DNA of 64,000 nucleotides, from contig CAVUWD010000006.1 of assembly GCA_963745025.1 (NCBI GenBank), forward strand, positions 128,001 to 192,000, given 5' to 3'. Origin of the DNA: an uncultured delta proteobacterium (GTDB lineage: Bacteria; Desulfobacterota; Binatia; JACPRU01). The notes below the pieces were generated by a model that made no database searches, was not told where the DNA came from, and was given only the letters and a program-made list of their open reading frames with translations. This document shows positions 31,250 through 50,505 of the stretch, one piece after another (the stretch's first letter is position 1; every line of letters begins with the position of its first letter). The position numbers were made by a program, and so were the translations under genes.

Positions 31250-33331
31250 TCACGCTCCCACCGCTTTCGCCGTGATCTCCTCCGAGATCGTCTGCGGCGC
31301 CGGCTCGTAGTGTGAGAACTGCATCGTGTAGGTCGCACGCCCCTGCGTCATCGAGCGTAGATCGGTCGCGTAGCCGAACATCTCCTTGAGCGGTACGTTG
31401 GCGGGGATCACCTGCGCACCCGAGCGGCTCTCCATGCCGTGCACCCTGCCGCGACGGGCGCTCAGGTTGCCGATGACGTCACCCATGAACTCGTCCGGCG
31501 TGACCACCTCGACCTCCATGACCGGCTCCAGCAGCACCGGCTGCGCATGCGCGCAGGCTTCCTTGAACGCCATCGATCCGGCGATCTTGAACGCGATCTC
31601 CGAAGAGTCGACCTCATGGTACGAGCCATCGAACAGGGTCACTTTGATGTCGACGATCGGGTAGCCAGCGAGCACGCCGTTGTCCAAGGCTTCGCGGACT
31701 CCCTTCTCGACCGCGGGAATGTACTCGCGGGGGATCACGCCGCCCTTGACCGCGTCCTCGAACTGGAACCCGGATCCGGGAGGGAGCGGGGAAACACGCA
31801 GCTTGACGTCGCCGTACTGACCGCGGCCGCCGGTCTGGCGTACGAACTTGCCCTGACGTTCGACCTCGCGGCGAATCGTCTCCTTGTACGCCACCTGCGG
31901 CTTGCCGACGTTGGCGTCGACTTTGAACTCGCGCAGCAACCGGTCGACGATGATTTCCAGATGAAGTTCGCCCATCCCGGAGATCAGGGTCTGGCCGGTC
32001 TCCTGATCGACCTTGACGCGGAACGACGGATCCTCGGTGGCGAGCTTTTGTAGACTCACTCCGAGCCGCTCCTGATCGCTCTTGGTCTTCGGTTCGATCG
32101 CGACCGCGATCACGGGCTCGGGGAACTCGATCGACTCGAGCAGCACCGGATGGTCGTCGTCCGACAGCGTGTCTCCTGTCGTCGTATCCTTGAGACCCAC
32201 CGCCGCGGCGATGTCGCCCGCCCACACCTCTTCGATCTCTTCGCGCTTGTTGGCGTGCATCTTCAGGAGGCGTCCGATGCGTTCCTTCCTTCCCTTGGTG
32301 GCGTTCAGTACGTACGAACCCGTCTTCAAACAGCCCGAGTACACGCGGAAGAAGCTCAGCGTGCCGACGTACGGATCGCTCATGATCTTGAAGGCCAGCG
32401 CCGAAAACGGCGCCTTGTCGTCGGCAGGACGCTTCTCGACGCGCCCGTTGTCGGGATTGATGCCTTCCACCGGTGGAACGTCGGTCGGAGAGGGTAGATA
32501 GTCGACGACGGAGTCTAGCAGCGGTTGCACGCCCTTGTTCTTGAAGGCGGAGCCGCAGATCACCGGAACGATCTTCATCGCCAGCGTACCCTTGCGGATG
32601 GCGCCGCGAATCTCGTCTTCGGTGATCTCCTGACCCTCGAGATACTTCTCGAGCAACCGCTCGTCGCTGTCGGCCGCCGCTTCGACCAGCTTCTCGCGAG
32701 CGTGCTCCGCGACCGCGACCATGTCCGCCGGGATCTCTTCTTCGTGGTACTTCGCGCCGAGACTCTCGTCGTCCCACACGAACGCCTTCATGCGCACGAG
32801 CTCGATCACGCCTCGGAAGGAATCTTCCTTGCCGAGCGGCAGCTGGAGGAGCACGGGCCGCACCTTCAGCCGCTCTTCGAGCTGGCGAACGACCCGGTCG
32901 AAATCGGCACCGACCCGATCCATCTTGTTGACGAACGCGATGCGCGGCACACGGTACTTGTCTGCTTGGCGCCAGACCGTCTCCGATTGCGGCTGCACAC
33001 CCCCGACCGCGCAGAAGACCGCCACGGCGCCGTCGAGGACGCGCAGGCTGCGCTCGACCTCGATCGTGAAGTCCACGTGGCCGGGCGTGTCGATGATGTT
33101 CACGCGGTGGTCGCGCCAGAAGCAGGTGGTCGCCGCAGAAGTGATCGTGATGCCGCGCTCCTGCTCCTGGACCATCCAGTCCATGGTCGCGGTTCCCGAG
33201 TCGACTTCGCCGATCTTGTAGTTGATACCCGTGTAAAAAAGGACTCGCTCGGTCGTCGTCGTCTTACCGGCATCGATGTGCGCCATGATGCCGATGTTTC
33301 GGGTTCTCTCGAGGGGTGCCTGACGTGCCAT
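31250..33331 (-). CDS. fusA: Elongation factor G
   Basis: [28 protein letters not shown]. Confidence 0.98.
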   Translation of the reverse strand: MARQAPLERTRNIGIMAHIDAGKTTTTERVLFYTGINYKIGEVDSGTATMDWMVQEQERGITITSAATTCFWRDHRVNIIDTPGHVDFTIEVERSLRVLDGAVAVFCAVGGVQPQSETVWRQADKYRVPRIAFVNKMDRVGADFDRVVRQLEERLKVRPVLLQLPLGKEDSFRGVIELVRMKAFVWDDESLGAKYHEEEIPADMVAVAEHAREKLVEAAADSDERLLEKYLEGQEITEDEIRGAIRKGTLAMKIVPVICGSAFKNKGVQPLLDSVVDYLPSPTDVPPVEGINPDNGRVEKRPADDKAPFSALAFKIMSDPYVGTLSFFRVYSGCLKTGSYVLNATKGRKERIGRLLKMHANKREEIEEVWAGDIAAAVGLKDTTTGDTLSDDDHPVLLESIEFPEPVIAVAIEPKTKSDQERLGVSLQKLATEDPSFRVKVDQETGQTLISGMGELHLEIIVDRLLREFKVDANVGKPQVAYKETIRREVERQGKFVRQTGGRGQYGDVKLRVSPLPPGSGFQFEDAVKGGVIPREYIPAVEKGVREALDNGVLAGYPIVDIKVTLFDGSYHEVDSSEIAFKIAGSMAFKEACAHAQPVLLEPVMEVEVVTPDEFMGDVIGNLSARRGRVHGMESRSGAQVIPANVPLKEMFGYATDLRSMTQGRATYTMQFSHYEPAPQTISEEITAKAVGA

Positions 33332-33340
33332 GACGTTTGT

Positions 33341-33426
33341 TCGGGTTTCGGCTTTCGGTCTTCGGCGTTCGGCAGAGGCATTCGAAGATTCCTCTGCGGA
33401 AGCCGGCGGCTGACAGCCGACAGCGA
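33341..33426. repeat. Heptamer-armed palindromic element (TCGGCTT / CAGCCGA type)
   Basis: TCGGGTT TCGGCTT TCGGTCT TCGGCGT ... inner stem GCAGAGG/CCTCTGC ... GCTGACAGCCGACAGCGA. Confidence 0.7.
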
Positions 33427-33897
33427 TTACCAGCGGTAGTGCGCGAAGGCCTTGTTCGCCTCCGCCATGCGATGGGTGTCTTCCTTCTTCTTGACCGCCG
33501 CGCCGCGGTTCGCCGCAGCATCGAGCAGCTCGCCCGCCAGCCGCTCTTCCATCGACTTCTCGCCGCGGGAGCGTGCGTTCTGGACGATCCAGCGCATGGC
33601 CAACGAGGCCCGGCGCGAGGGCCGGACTTCGACGGGGACCTGATACGTGGCGCCGCCCACCCGCCGTGACCGCACCTCGACCACCGGCTTGACGTTTTCG
33701 ACAGCCTTGCGGAAGAGGCCGAGCGGCTCCTCCTTCGCCCGCTGACCGACGACGTCGAGCGCGTGGTAGAGAAGCCGCTCAGCGACGCTGCGCTTGCCGT
33801 CTTCCATCATCGAGTTCACGAACTTCGATATCAGCCGGTCGTGATACTTCGGATCGGGAAGAATCTCTCGCTTGGAAACGGCACCTTTGCGCGGCAT
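33427..33897 (-). CDS. rpsG: 30S ribosomal protein S7
   Basis: [26 protein letters not shown]. Confidence 0.97.
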   Translation of the reverse strand: MPRKGAVSKREILPDPKYHDRLISKFVNSMMEDGKRSVAERLLYHALDVVGQRAKEEPLGLFRKAVENVKPVVEVRSRRVGGATYQVPVEVRPSRRASLAMRWIVQNARSRGEKSMEERLAGELLDAAANRGAAVKKKEDTHRMAEANKAFAHYRW

Positions 33898-33904
33898 GGG
33901 TTGA

Positions 33905-34012
33905 TCGGCTTTCGGTTATCGGCCTTCGGTCTTGGACAAACGCGAATTCGCTCTTGCAAACTTGTGGTATCGATCGGAGCCTCGCCAGCCGACAGCCGAC
34001 GGCCGAGAGCCC
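33905..34012. repeat. Heptamer-armed palindromic element (TCGGCTT / CAGCCGA type)
   Basis: TCGGCTT TCGGTTA TCGGCCT TCGGTCT ... CAGCCGA CAGCCGA CGGCCGA GAGCC. Confidence 0.7.
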
Positions 34013-34384
34013 CTACTTCGGTCTCTTCGCTCCGTATTTCGAGCGACCCTGGCGACGGTCCTGCACGCCGATCGAATCCAGCGTGCCGCGCACGATGTGG
34101 TAGCGCACTCCCGGCAGATCCTTCACTCGCCCGCCGCGGATCAGCACCACCGAGTGCTCCTGCAGGTTGTGCCCGACGCCGGGAATGTACGCGGTGACTT
34201 CGATCCCGTTGGTGAGGCGGACGCGGGCGACCTTACGGAGCGCCGAGTTTGGCTTCTTTGGCGTCGAGGTGTAGACGCGCGTGCACACACCTCGCTTCTG
34301 CGGCGAGCCCTGGAGCGCCGGCGCGCTCTCCTTCGCGCGCACGCGGATTCGCCCTTGCTTCACAAGCTGTTGGATCGTCGGCAT
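34013..34384 (-). CDS. rpsL: 30S ribosomal protein S12
   Basis: [23 protein letters not shown]. Confidence 0.98.
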   Translation of the reverse strand: MPTIQQLVKQGRIRVRAKESAPALQGSPQKRGVCTRVYTSTPKKPNSALRKVARVRLTNGIEVTAYIPGVGHNLQEHSVVLIRGGRVKDLPGVRYHIVRGTLDSIGVQDRRQGRSKYGAKRPK

Positions 34385-34426
34385 CCCGTCTTTCGCCTTC
34401 TCAAACGGCGCTCAAGTGAAACCGGC

Positions 34427-34454
34427 ATCTTAGATAAACCTCGAAAACTGTCAA
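34427..34454 (-). promoter_or_regulatory. Sigma70-type promoter of str operon
   Basis: TTGACA-n16-TAAGAT on minus strand upstream of rpsL. Confidence 0.65.
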
Positions 34455-34460
34455 GTTAAA

Positions 34461-34537
34461 GGGACGTTCTTAACTTTCGAGGCTTTGCTCAGCGTCCCTC
34501 CGCGATTGGACGAAGCCTCTAAAGTTAGGAACGTCCC
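34461..34537 (-). terminator. Long inverted repeat after rpoC (terminator or REP-like element)
   Basis: GGGACGTTCTTAACTTTCGAGGCTTT vs GAAGCCTCTAAAGTTAGGAACGTCCC, about 23/26 complementary. Confidence 0.55.
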
Positions 34538-34547
34538 CCGTCCCCGA

Positions 34548-38744
<4,197 letters not shown>

Positions 38745-38748
38745 GGTC

Positions 38749-42867
<4,119 letters not shown>

Positions 42868-42983
42868 TCAGACTCCCGAATAGAGGTTGAGGACGCACTC
42901 GTGCGGCGCCCGATCGCTGGCGCGCGACGCGAGCCGGATGTGTTCTGCCGCGGCCGCGACAGAACTCGTGGAGAGCGGCATCT

Positions 42984-43379
42984 CTACTTGATCTCCACCG
43001 TGCCGCCAGCCTCCTCGAACTTCTTCTTCATCTCTTCGGCCTCCTTCTTCGACACGCCTTCCTTCACGGGCTTGGGCGCGCTGTCGACTAGGTCCTTGGC
43101 TTCCTTCAGGCCGAGGCTGGTGAGTTCGCGGACGACCTTGATGACCTGAATTTTCTTGTCACCGGCTCCGGTGAGCACGACGGTAAACTCGTCCTTCTCC
43201 GGCTCCGCCGCTGCTCCGGCCGTCGCCGCGCCACCGCCCGCCGCCGCCACCGCAACCGCGGCAGCCGCGCTGACTCCCCACTTTTCCTCGAGCGTCTTCA
43301 CGAGGCCCGAGATCTCGAGCACGGTCATCCCCGAAAGGGTGTCGACGAGCTCGGTCATCTTCTCTGCTGAAAGCGCCAT
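42984..43379 (-). CDS. rplL: 50S ribosomal protein L7/L12
   Basis: [23 protein letters not shown]. Confidence 0.97.
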   Translation of the reverse strand: MALSAEKMTELVDTLSGMTVLEISGLVKTLEEKWGVSAAAAVAVAAAGGGAATAGAAAEPEKDEFTVVLTGAGDKKIQVIKVVRELTSLGLKEAKDLVDSAPKPVKEGVSKKEAEEMKKKFEEAGGTVEIK

Positions 43380-43436
43380 TTCTCTATGCCTCCCTCTTTT
43401 CTGCTGAGAATTCGTCTCCTCGAAACATGGCGATCC

Positions 43437-43970
43437 TCATGGGCCCGCGTCCGGGCCCAGTTGATCCTTCCGCGAGCTCATGAGCCGGGCGAGCTGCGCT
43501 CCGGGCTCGGCAAGCAGCCGCACCAGCTGTTGCGCCGGCGCTTGGAGCACGCCCAGGAGCCGAGCCCGCAGGGCTTCCTTGGACGGCACCTTGGAGAGCG
43601 CCACGACCGCGTTCGGCTCGAGCACCTCACCCTCGAAGACTCCGCCCTTGATCCAGAACTTCTCCGTCTCGGTCTCGGCCCATTTGGCGACGATCTTGGC
43701 GATGGCGATCGGATCGTCGTAGCCAAACACCAGAGCCGTTTGCCCCTCGAGCCAGCGCTCCGATGCCTGATACGACGTATCGGCGAGAGCGCGTTTGGCC
43801 AGGGTGTTCTTGGTGACTTTGCACTCGCCGCCCGCGCCTCGGAGCTCGCGGCGCAACTGATTCGTCTGCGCGACCGTCAGACCTTGGTAGCGCGCGAGCA
43901 GCGCGACCTTCGCGGCCCGGAGCTTCTCGCCGAGTTCGGCGACCAGCTCGGTCTTCTCTTGCCGTCTCAC
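43437..43970 (-). CDS. rplJ: 50S ribosomal protein L10
   Basis: YQGLTVAQ..LRRELR, VTKNTLA. Confidence 0.95.
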   Translation of the reverse strand: MRRQEKTELVAELGEKLRAAKVALLARYQGLTVAQTNQLRRELRGAGGECKVTKNTLAKRALADTSYQASERWLEGQTALVFGYDDPIAIAKIVAKWAETETEKFWIKGGVFEGEVLEPNAVVALSKVPSKEALRARLLGVLQAPAQQLVRLLAEPGAQLARLMSSRKDQLGPDAGP

Positions 43971-43984
43971 GACTCCTCCTGTTC

Positions 43985-44698
43985 CTATGCCGCTGATGCC
44001 GTCGCGCGCGCATCGAGCGGATCGATTTTCACGCCGGGACCCATTGTCGTCGATACGGCGATGGACCTCAGATAGTTGCCCTTGGCAGCCGCAGGCTTGG
44101 CGCGGAGCACGGCAGCGAGAAGCGCATGCGCATTCTCCGCGAGCTTGTCCGGGCCGAACGACGCCTTGCCGATCGGTGCGTGGACGATTCCCGCCTTCTC
44201 CACCCGAAATTCCACCTTACCCGCCTTGATCTCTTTGACGGTCCTGGCGACGTCCATCGTCACCGTGCCCACCTTCGGGTTGGGCATGAGCCCGCGTGGA
44301 CCGAGGATCTTACCGATGCGTCCTACCTGGGCCATCATGTCCGGCGTAGCGACGACCTTGTCGAAGTCGAGCCAGCCCTCCTCCTGGATCTTCTTGACCA
44401 GGTCTTCGGCACCGACGAAATCGGCATACGCCGCCTCCGCCTCCTTCGCCTTGTCGCCCTTGGCGAAGACGAGGACGCGCTGCGCCTTACCGATCCCGTT
44501 CGGCAGGACGACGGTGCCGCGCACGTTCTGGTCCGCTTGCCGCGGGTCGACGTTCAGACGGATCGCGATCTCGACGGTCTCGTCGAACTTGCATCGCGTT
44601 CCGCCGATCGCGAGTGCGATCGCCTGCGCGAGCGGATAGCGCTTCTCGTGGTCGATCGTCTCGTTCCCAGCGCGATATCGCTTGCTGTGCTGCGCCAT
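43985..44698 (-). CDS. rplA: 50S ribosomal protein L1
   Basis: [30 protein letters not shown]. Confidence 0.97.
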   Translation of the reverse strand: MAQHSKRYRAGNETIDHEKRYPLAQAIALAIGGTRCKFDETVEIAIRLNVDPRQADQNVRGTVVLPNGIGKAQRVLVFAKGDKAKEAEAAYADFVGAEDLVKKIQEEGWLDFDKVVATPDMMAQVGRIGKILGPRGLMPNPKVGTVTMDVARTVKEIKAGKVEFRVEKAGIVHAPIGKASFGPDKLAENAHALLAAVLRAKPAAAKGNYLRSIAVSTTMGPGVKIDPLDARATASAA

Positions 44699-44711
44699 CG
44701 CAGTCTCTCCT

Positions 44712-45140
44712 CTACTTCCCTTCCACGGTGAGCCCCATGCTACGGGCGGTGCCTTCGACGGTGCGAATCGCGGCGGCGAGGTCCTTGGCCGTGAGATCGG
44801 GAAGCTTCTGCTTGGCGATCTCCTCGACTTGCGCCTTGGTGACCTTGCCGACCATCTTCTTACGCGGCTCCCCGGAACCCTTTTCGAGGCCCGCGGCCCG
44901 CTTGAGCAGAACCGACGCGGGCGGGGTCTTGGTGATGAAGGTGAAGGAGCGGTCGCCGTACACGGTGATGATCACCGGGATGATCAAACCCTGCTGCGCC
45001 TGGGTCTGCGCGTTGAACGCCTTGCAGAACTCCATGATGTTGACGCCGCGCTGGCCGAGCGCCGGACCGACGGGCGGGCTCGGGTTGGCCTGTCCGGCGG
45101 GAATCTGCAGCTTGATCTCGGCGATGATCTTCTTCGCCAT
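44712..45140 (-). CDS. rplK: 50S ribosomal protein L11
   Basis: [22 protein letters not shown]. Confidence 0.97.
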   Translation of the reverse strand: MAKKIIAEIKLQIPAGQANPSPPVGPALGQRGVNIMEFCKAFNAQTQAQQGLIIPVIITVYGDRSFTFITKTPPASVLLKRAAGLEKGSGEPRKKMVGKVTKAQVEEIAKQKLPDLTAKDLAAAIRTVEGTARSMGLTVEGK

Positions 45141-45671
45141 CTAGGCTTTCTCCACTTGCACGAAGTCGAGCTCGACCGGCGTCGAACGCCCGAAGATGCT
45201 GATCAGCACCTTGAGCTTGCCCTTTTCCGGCCGGACTTCCTCGACCACTCCGTTGAAGTCCTGGAAGGGGCCGTCGATGACCTTCACGCTCTCGCCGGTC
45301 TCGAACTGCATCTTGGGCTTCGGGCGCACCGCCCCTTCTTCCATTTGATGCGCGATGCCCGCCACTTCCTCGTCGGGAACGGACGCGGGCTCGGTGGCGC
45401 CGCCGACGAACCCCGTCACTTTCGGCGTGGATCTCACCAGGTGCCAGGTGTCGTCGTTGAGCTCCATGTTGACGAGGATGTAGCCCGGGAAGAACTTGCG
45501 CGAAGAGATCTTCGGCTTACCCTTTACGAGCTCCTTCACCTTCTCGGCCGGAACCAAGATCTCGCCGAAGTATTGGCCTTTACCGAGCGCCCTGACGCGC
45601 TCTTCGAGCGCGGCCTTGGCCTTCTGCTCGGAGCCCGAGTAGGTATGAACGACGTACCACTTCTTCGCCAT
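45141..45671 (-). CDS. nusG: Transcription termination/antitermination factor NusG
   Basis: [27 protein letters not shown]. Confidence 0.97.
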   Translation of the reverse strand: MAKKWYVVHTYSGSEQKAKAALEERVRALGKGQYFGEILVPAEKVKELVKGKPKISSRKFFPGYILVNMELNDDTWHLVRSTPKVTGFVGGATEPASVPDEEVAGIAHQMEEGAVRPKPKMQFETGESVKVIDGPFQDFNGVVEEVRPEKGKLKVLISIFGRSTPVELDFVQVEKA

Positions 45672-45694
45672 AGGGATCACGGTGAGTCAGACGG

Positions 45695-45910
45695 TTACGA
45701 AAGCCTGGGTGCCAGCAGCCTCTGGATGACATGCGACAGACTGAAATCGACCAGTCCGAGGAGCAGCGCGAACACCATGACGACCACCACCACGACGATC
45801 GTGGCCGCGCGTGTCTCCTTCCAGCTCGGCCAATGGACCTTCTTCAGCTCGATCCAAACCTCCCTGAAGAATTGAACCGATTGGTCCACCCATTCCTTCG
45901 CGTTTGCCAT
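45695..45910 (-). CDS. secE: Preprotein translocase SecE
   Basis: ELKKVHWPS followed by one TM helix. Confidence 0.93.
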   Translation of the reverse strand: MANAKEWVDQSVQFFREVWIELKKVHWPSWKETRAATIVVVVVVMVFALLLGLVDFSLSHVIQRLLAPRLS

Positions 45911-45951
45911 CCTCGATCGTCTCTTGGACTCCCTCGTTTCCGGATCGGTAG

Positions 45952-46025
45952 CGGGCCAGGCAGGGCTCGAACCTGCAACCCCCGGATTTGGAGTCCGGTG
46001 CTCTACCAATTAGAGCTACTGACCC
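45952..46025 (-). tRNA. tRNA-Trp(CCA)
   Basis: Cloverleaf GGGTCAG...CT CCA AA...GGTTCGAGCC. Confidence 0.93.
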
Positions 46026-46031
46026 TCGTTT

Positions 46032-46101
46032 GGCTTCCGGCTACCGCCTTCCGGCTACCGGCAAAGACTTCACGGTGTCTCTTGCGGTAGCCGGTAGTCC
46101 G
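46032..46101. repeat. Heptamer-armed palindromic element, core inverted relative to 29851 copy
   Basis: (CGGCTAC)n - GCAAAGACTTCACGGTGTCTCTTGC - GGTAGCCGGTAGT. Confidence 0.8.
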
Positions 46102-46107
46102 TCCTCT

Positions 46108-46263
46108 TCAGACCTTACTCTCCTTGTGTACGCGGTGCCCCCGACACACCGGACAGAACTTCTTGAGCGAGATCTTGTCCGACTTGGTCTTCCTGTTTTT
46201 CGTCGTCGTGTAGTTCTTGCGTTTGCACTGGTCACAGACCAGGGAGATGATTTCACGGATCAT
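46108..46263 (-). CDS. rpmG: 50S ribosomal protein L33 (Zn type; not in ORF track)
   Basis: MIREIISLVCDQCKRKNYTTTKNRK...LKKFCPVCRGHRVHKESKV. Confidence 0.93.
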   Translation of the reverse strand: MIREIISLVCDQCKRKNYTTTKNRKTKSDKISLKKFCPVCRGHRVHKESKV

Positions 46264-46274
46264 GGCTATGTCCT

Positions 46275-46341
46275 GGCTTCAGGCTACGGGCTACGGGTAA
46301 AGACTTCGCGATTCCTTTCCTGTAGCCCGTAGCCTGTAGCC
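46275..46341. repeat. Heptamer-armed palindromic element (RGGCTAC type)
   Basis: GGCTTCAGGCTACGGGCTACGGG - TAAAGACTTCGCGATTCCTTT - CCTGTAGCCCGTAGCCTGTAGCC. Confidence 0.8.
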
Positions 46342-46349
46342 GTTGTTCT

Positions 46350-47540
<1,191 letters not shown>

Positions 47541-47578
47541 GTCTCAGCTCCTCCCCGCGCCCCGCCCCTCGGGGCGTC

Positions 47579-47641
47579 CGGCTACCGGCTGCCGCCTACC
47601 GGCTAAACACTCCTGGCTCCTCTCGCGATAACCGGTAGCCG
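47579..47641. repeat. Heptamer-armed element, identical to 31178-31240
   Basis: Part of the 102-bp leader shared by both tuf copies. Confidence 0.7.
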
Positions 47642-47653
47642 TTTTCTTCCTCA

Positions 47654-47736
47654 TGGAGAGGGGAGGATTCGAACCTCCGAAGGCATACGCCGGCAGATTT
47701 ACAGTCTGCTCCCTTTGGCCGCTTGGGTACCTCTCC
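47654..47736 (-). tRNA. tRNA-Tyr(GTA)
   Basis: GGAGAGG...CT GTA AA, long variable arm. Confidence 0.93.
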
Positions 47737-47794
47737 TCACCGACTCTCGCTCCGCATCCGCTTTGGACGGGCCCTCGACCCTCGCAGTTCAACA

Positions 47795-47867
47795 AGCCCA
47801 GGAGCGGGATTGAACCGCCGACCTCGTCCTTACCAAGGACGTGCTCTGCCGACTGAGCTACCTGGGC
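47795..47867 (-). tRNA. tRNA-Thr(GGT)
   Basis: GCCCAGG...GTCC TT GGT AA GGAC. Confidence 0.93.
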
Positions 47868-48015
47868 ACTCCGCGAGCGCAGATCGTAGGGCATCTCGCC
47901 GCGTGCTCGCGCTCCGCTCCTCAGCGTACCGGAAGTACGCTTCCGTCGCTCCGCGCTGTGCGCGCGACGATCTGCCCCACGCTCCGCGCTCGCGAACTCC
48001 CGGCCAACGTTCGAG

Positions 48016-48088
48016 AGCGGGAGACGGGAATCGAACCCGCGACGTTCAGCTTGGAAGGCTGATGCTCTACCAACTGAGCTACTCCCGC
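48016..48088 (-). tRNA. tRNA-Gly(TCC)
   Basis: GCGGGAG...TCAGC CT TCC AA GCTGA. Confidence 0.93.
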
Positions 48089-48175
48089 AGAGGCAAAGGC
48101 ACCAAGCGCGGCCCACCTCGGCCCTTCCTCGCTCGACGCCCGCCGAACCAGTCTCGCCATTTCGCTCGCGGGGAG

Positions 48176-48248
48176 AGCCGACGGCCGGAATCGAACCGGC
48201 GACCTGCTGATTACAAGTCAGCTGCTCTGCCATCTGAGCTACGTCGGC
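48176..48248 (-). tRNA. tRNA-Thr(TGT)
   Basis: GCCGACG...GCTGA CT TGT AA TCAGC. Confidence 0.93.
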
Positions 48249-48289
48249 CCGTTGGCAGCGTGCCTGTGAATGTCGTCGTGTGAGGTTCA

Positions 48290-48470
48290 ACTGGCTTTCG
48301 ACTCCGACACCCGCGCTACGGAAAGCGCTTGACTCCCCAGCCCGCTGCTTGTCCTTCGGGACCGAGGTGGACGTGTTCGAGCAGGCGATCAGCTGGCTCC
48401 CAGGGGCGGGGTCTGACACCGCTTCCCAGGCTTGTGAATCAGAAAGGAAAAACGCTCGTCGGAAACCACC
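48290..48470 (-). ncRNA. Candidate structured RNA / leader (unassigned)
   Basis: Nested complementary segments TGGTTTCCGAC/GTCGAAAGCCA, GGGAAGCG/CGCTTTCC, GACCCCGCCC/GGGCTGGGGAGTC; TTGACA upstream at 48530-48535. Confidence 0.3.
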
Positions 48471-48523
48471 GTTCCAAGTCTATGTCGCTTAAATTGCGAA
48501 ACAACATGGCTATCACCCGTATC

Positions 48524-49291
48524 TCAGGGTGTCAATCCGTTGACGCCTTCTCTCGAGGCCGCTTGCCGGAAGCGCTCGTAGAGAGCCACAGCGGCGGCGA
48601 CGGAGACGTTCAGCGACCCGACCCGGCCGACCATTGGAATCGATATCAGATGGTCGCACTTCGCGCGAGTGAGCGGCCGTAGACCCCTGCCCTCCGCTCC
48701 GACGACTAGAGCGCAGCGCTCGGGGAAGGAGAATTCGAAGAGATTTTGCGTCGCCGCGCCGTCGAGCCCGACGATCCAGTATCCGGTACGCTTGAGCTCT
48801 TCGAGGGCCCTCGCCAGGTTGACTACTCGGGAGATCGCTACAAAAGCAGTCGCGCCCGCGGCTGCCTTAGCCACCACCGCGGTAACCGATACGGAGCGGT
48901 CCTGGGGAATCACCACACCACCCACACCGGTGGCATCCGCTGAGCGGACGAGCGCACCGAAGTTTCGCGGGTCGGTGACCTGGTCGGCGAGGAGCAGACA
49001 GGCGGGCTTCCGTGCCACTAGGTCGTGCCAGTCTGCGTATTGATAACCGCGCATCAGGGCGACGACTCCCTGGTGAGCAACGCCGCGAACGAGTTCATGG
49101 AGATGGCGCACATCCTCGCGCTCCACCTCCAGGCCGGCGCGCCTCGCTTGCTCGGCGACTGCGGCGGCGCCGCCGCTCACACCACGCGCGACGACCACCT
49201 TGCGGATGGCACGGGGGTCGCGACGGAGCTGCTCGAGAACCGGGTTCACGCCCGCAAGCCAGTCGCCGGTGTTCGCTTCCTTCCTACTCAT
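48524..49291 (-). CDS. rlmB: 23S rRNA (Gm2251) 2'-O-methyltransferase
   Basis: HQGVVA, DPRNFGALVRSA, GAEGRG, SLNVSVA (SPOUT). Confidence 0.93.
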   Translation of the reverse strand: MSRKEANTGDWLAGVNPVLEQLRRDPRAIRKVVVARGVSGGAAAVAEQARRAGLEVEREDVRHLHELVRGVAHQGVVALMRGYQYADWHDLVARKPACLLLADQVTDPRNFGALVRSADATGVGGVVIPQDRSVSVTAVVAKAAAGATAFVAISRVVNLARALEELKRTGYWIVGLDGAATQNLFEFSFPERCALVVGAEGRGLRPLTRAKCDHLISIPMVGRVGSLNVSVAAAVALYERFRQAASREGVNGLTP

Positions 49292-49314
49292 CCGGAAGTT
49301 ACACTCGCGAATCG

Positions 49315-50505
49315 ATGGGGAGAATCCTCAATCGCTATCTATTCGTGGAGATCCTCGTCCCGTTCTTTCTCGGCCTCGCCGTCTTCACCTTCGTGCTGCT
49401 GATCGCCCGCATCTTGAAGCTCGTCGAACTGGTCGTCAATCGCGGAGTTCCTCTGCTCGACATCCTCGAGACCTTCGCGCTGATCTTACCCGGCTTCCTC
49501 GAGGTGACGGTGCCGATGGCACTGCTGCTCGCGATTCTCCTCGGATTCGGTCGCCTCGCGTCGGACAGCGAGGTCGTCGCGCTCAAGACGTCGGGCGTGA
49601 GCCTCTATCAGATGACGGTTCCGGTAGTGGCCTTCACGGTCCTGGCTTCGCTCGCGACGTTCGTGATCGCAATCTGGGTCCGTCCTTGGGCCAATGGGGC
49701 ATTGCGCGAGCAGCTCTTCGAGGTCGTCAAGAGCCGCGTCTCTGCCGGTTTCAAGGAAAAGGTGTTCAACACCGATTTCCCGGGGCTCGTGATCTACATC
49801 GAGGAGATCGAGCCAGGCGGCGGCACCCTGAAAGGAATGTTGATTTCCGATGTGCGCCGAGCCGACAGCCGGAACACCGTCATCGCCAAGATCGGCTTGC
49901 TAGTACCGAACGAAGACGCCAAGACGGTCACGCTCCGCTTGCTCGACGGAACCATCTACGGCGTCGGCGGGAGCGAGAACGCGTTTCAGAAGACCGATTT
50001 CACGGTCTACGACGTCAGCCTCAATCTCACCAACATCGGGGAGATGCGCCCCAAGGAGAAGGATCCGAAGGAGATGACGCTCGGGGAGCTCCGTCGCCGC
50101 ATCGCCGACCGGTACGCCCAGCACCAGCCCGCGAACGAGGAAGAGATCGAGCTCCACCGCAAGTTCTCGATCCCTTTCGCCTGCGTGGTCTTCATGCTCG
50201 TGGGGATTCCGCTGGCGATTCCACCTTCGCGTGCGGTACGGTCGCGTGGCTTCGCAGTGAGCCTCGTGCTGATCTTCCTGTATTACATTCCCCTGACCGT
50301 CGGACAGACGGTGGCCGAGAAGGGATACGTGCCTGCGGCGCTCGGGCTCTGGTCCCCGAATCTCCTCTTCTTCGCGCTCGGCAGTTTCCTGTTCGTCAAC
50401 GTGGCCCGAGAGGCGCCGATCCGCCAGTGGGAGCGCCTGGAAGCCCAGTGGGTGCGGGGCCGTGCAATCTTCACGGACGCGCTGAGGAAGCTCGGCGGAT
50501 CATGA
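49315..50505 (+). CDS. lptF: LPS export ABC permease LptF
   Basis: ILNRYLFVE, GRLASDSEVVALKTSGVS, ELHRKFSIPFAC. Confidence 0.9.
   Translation: MGRILNRYLFVEILVPFFLGLAVFTFVLLIARILKLVELVVNRGVPLLDILETFALILPGFLEVTVPMALLLAILLGFGRLASDSEVVALKTSGVSLYQMTVPVVAFTVLASLATFVIAIWVRPWANGALREQLFEVVKSRVSAGFKEKVFNTDFPGLVIYIEEIEPGGGTLKGMLISDVRRADSRNTVIAKIGLLVPNEDAKTVTLRLLDGTIYGVGGSENAFQKTDFTVYDVSLNLTNIGEMRPKEKDPKEMTLGELRRRIADRYAQHQPANEEEIELHRKFSIPFACVVFMLVGIPLAIPPSRAVRSRGFAVSLVLIFLYYIPLTVGQTVAEKGYVPAALGLWSPNLLFFALGSFLFVNVAREAPIRQWERLEAQWVRGRAIFTDALRKLGGS

Noticed and set aside
48340-48366. SRP (4.5S) RNA, from GGTCCCGAAGGACAAGCAGC on minus strand
   Set aside because: Resembles but does not match the conserved CAGG...GNRA...AGCAG domain IV loop geometry
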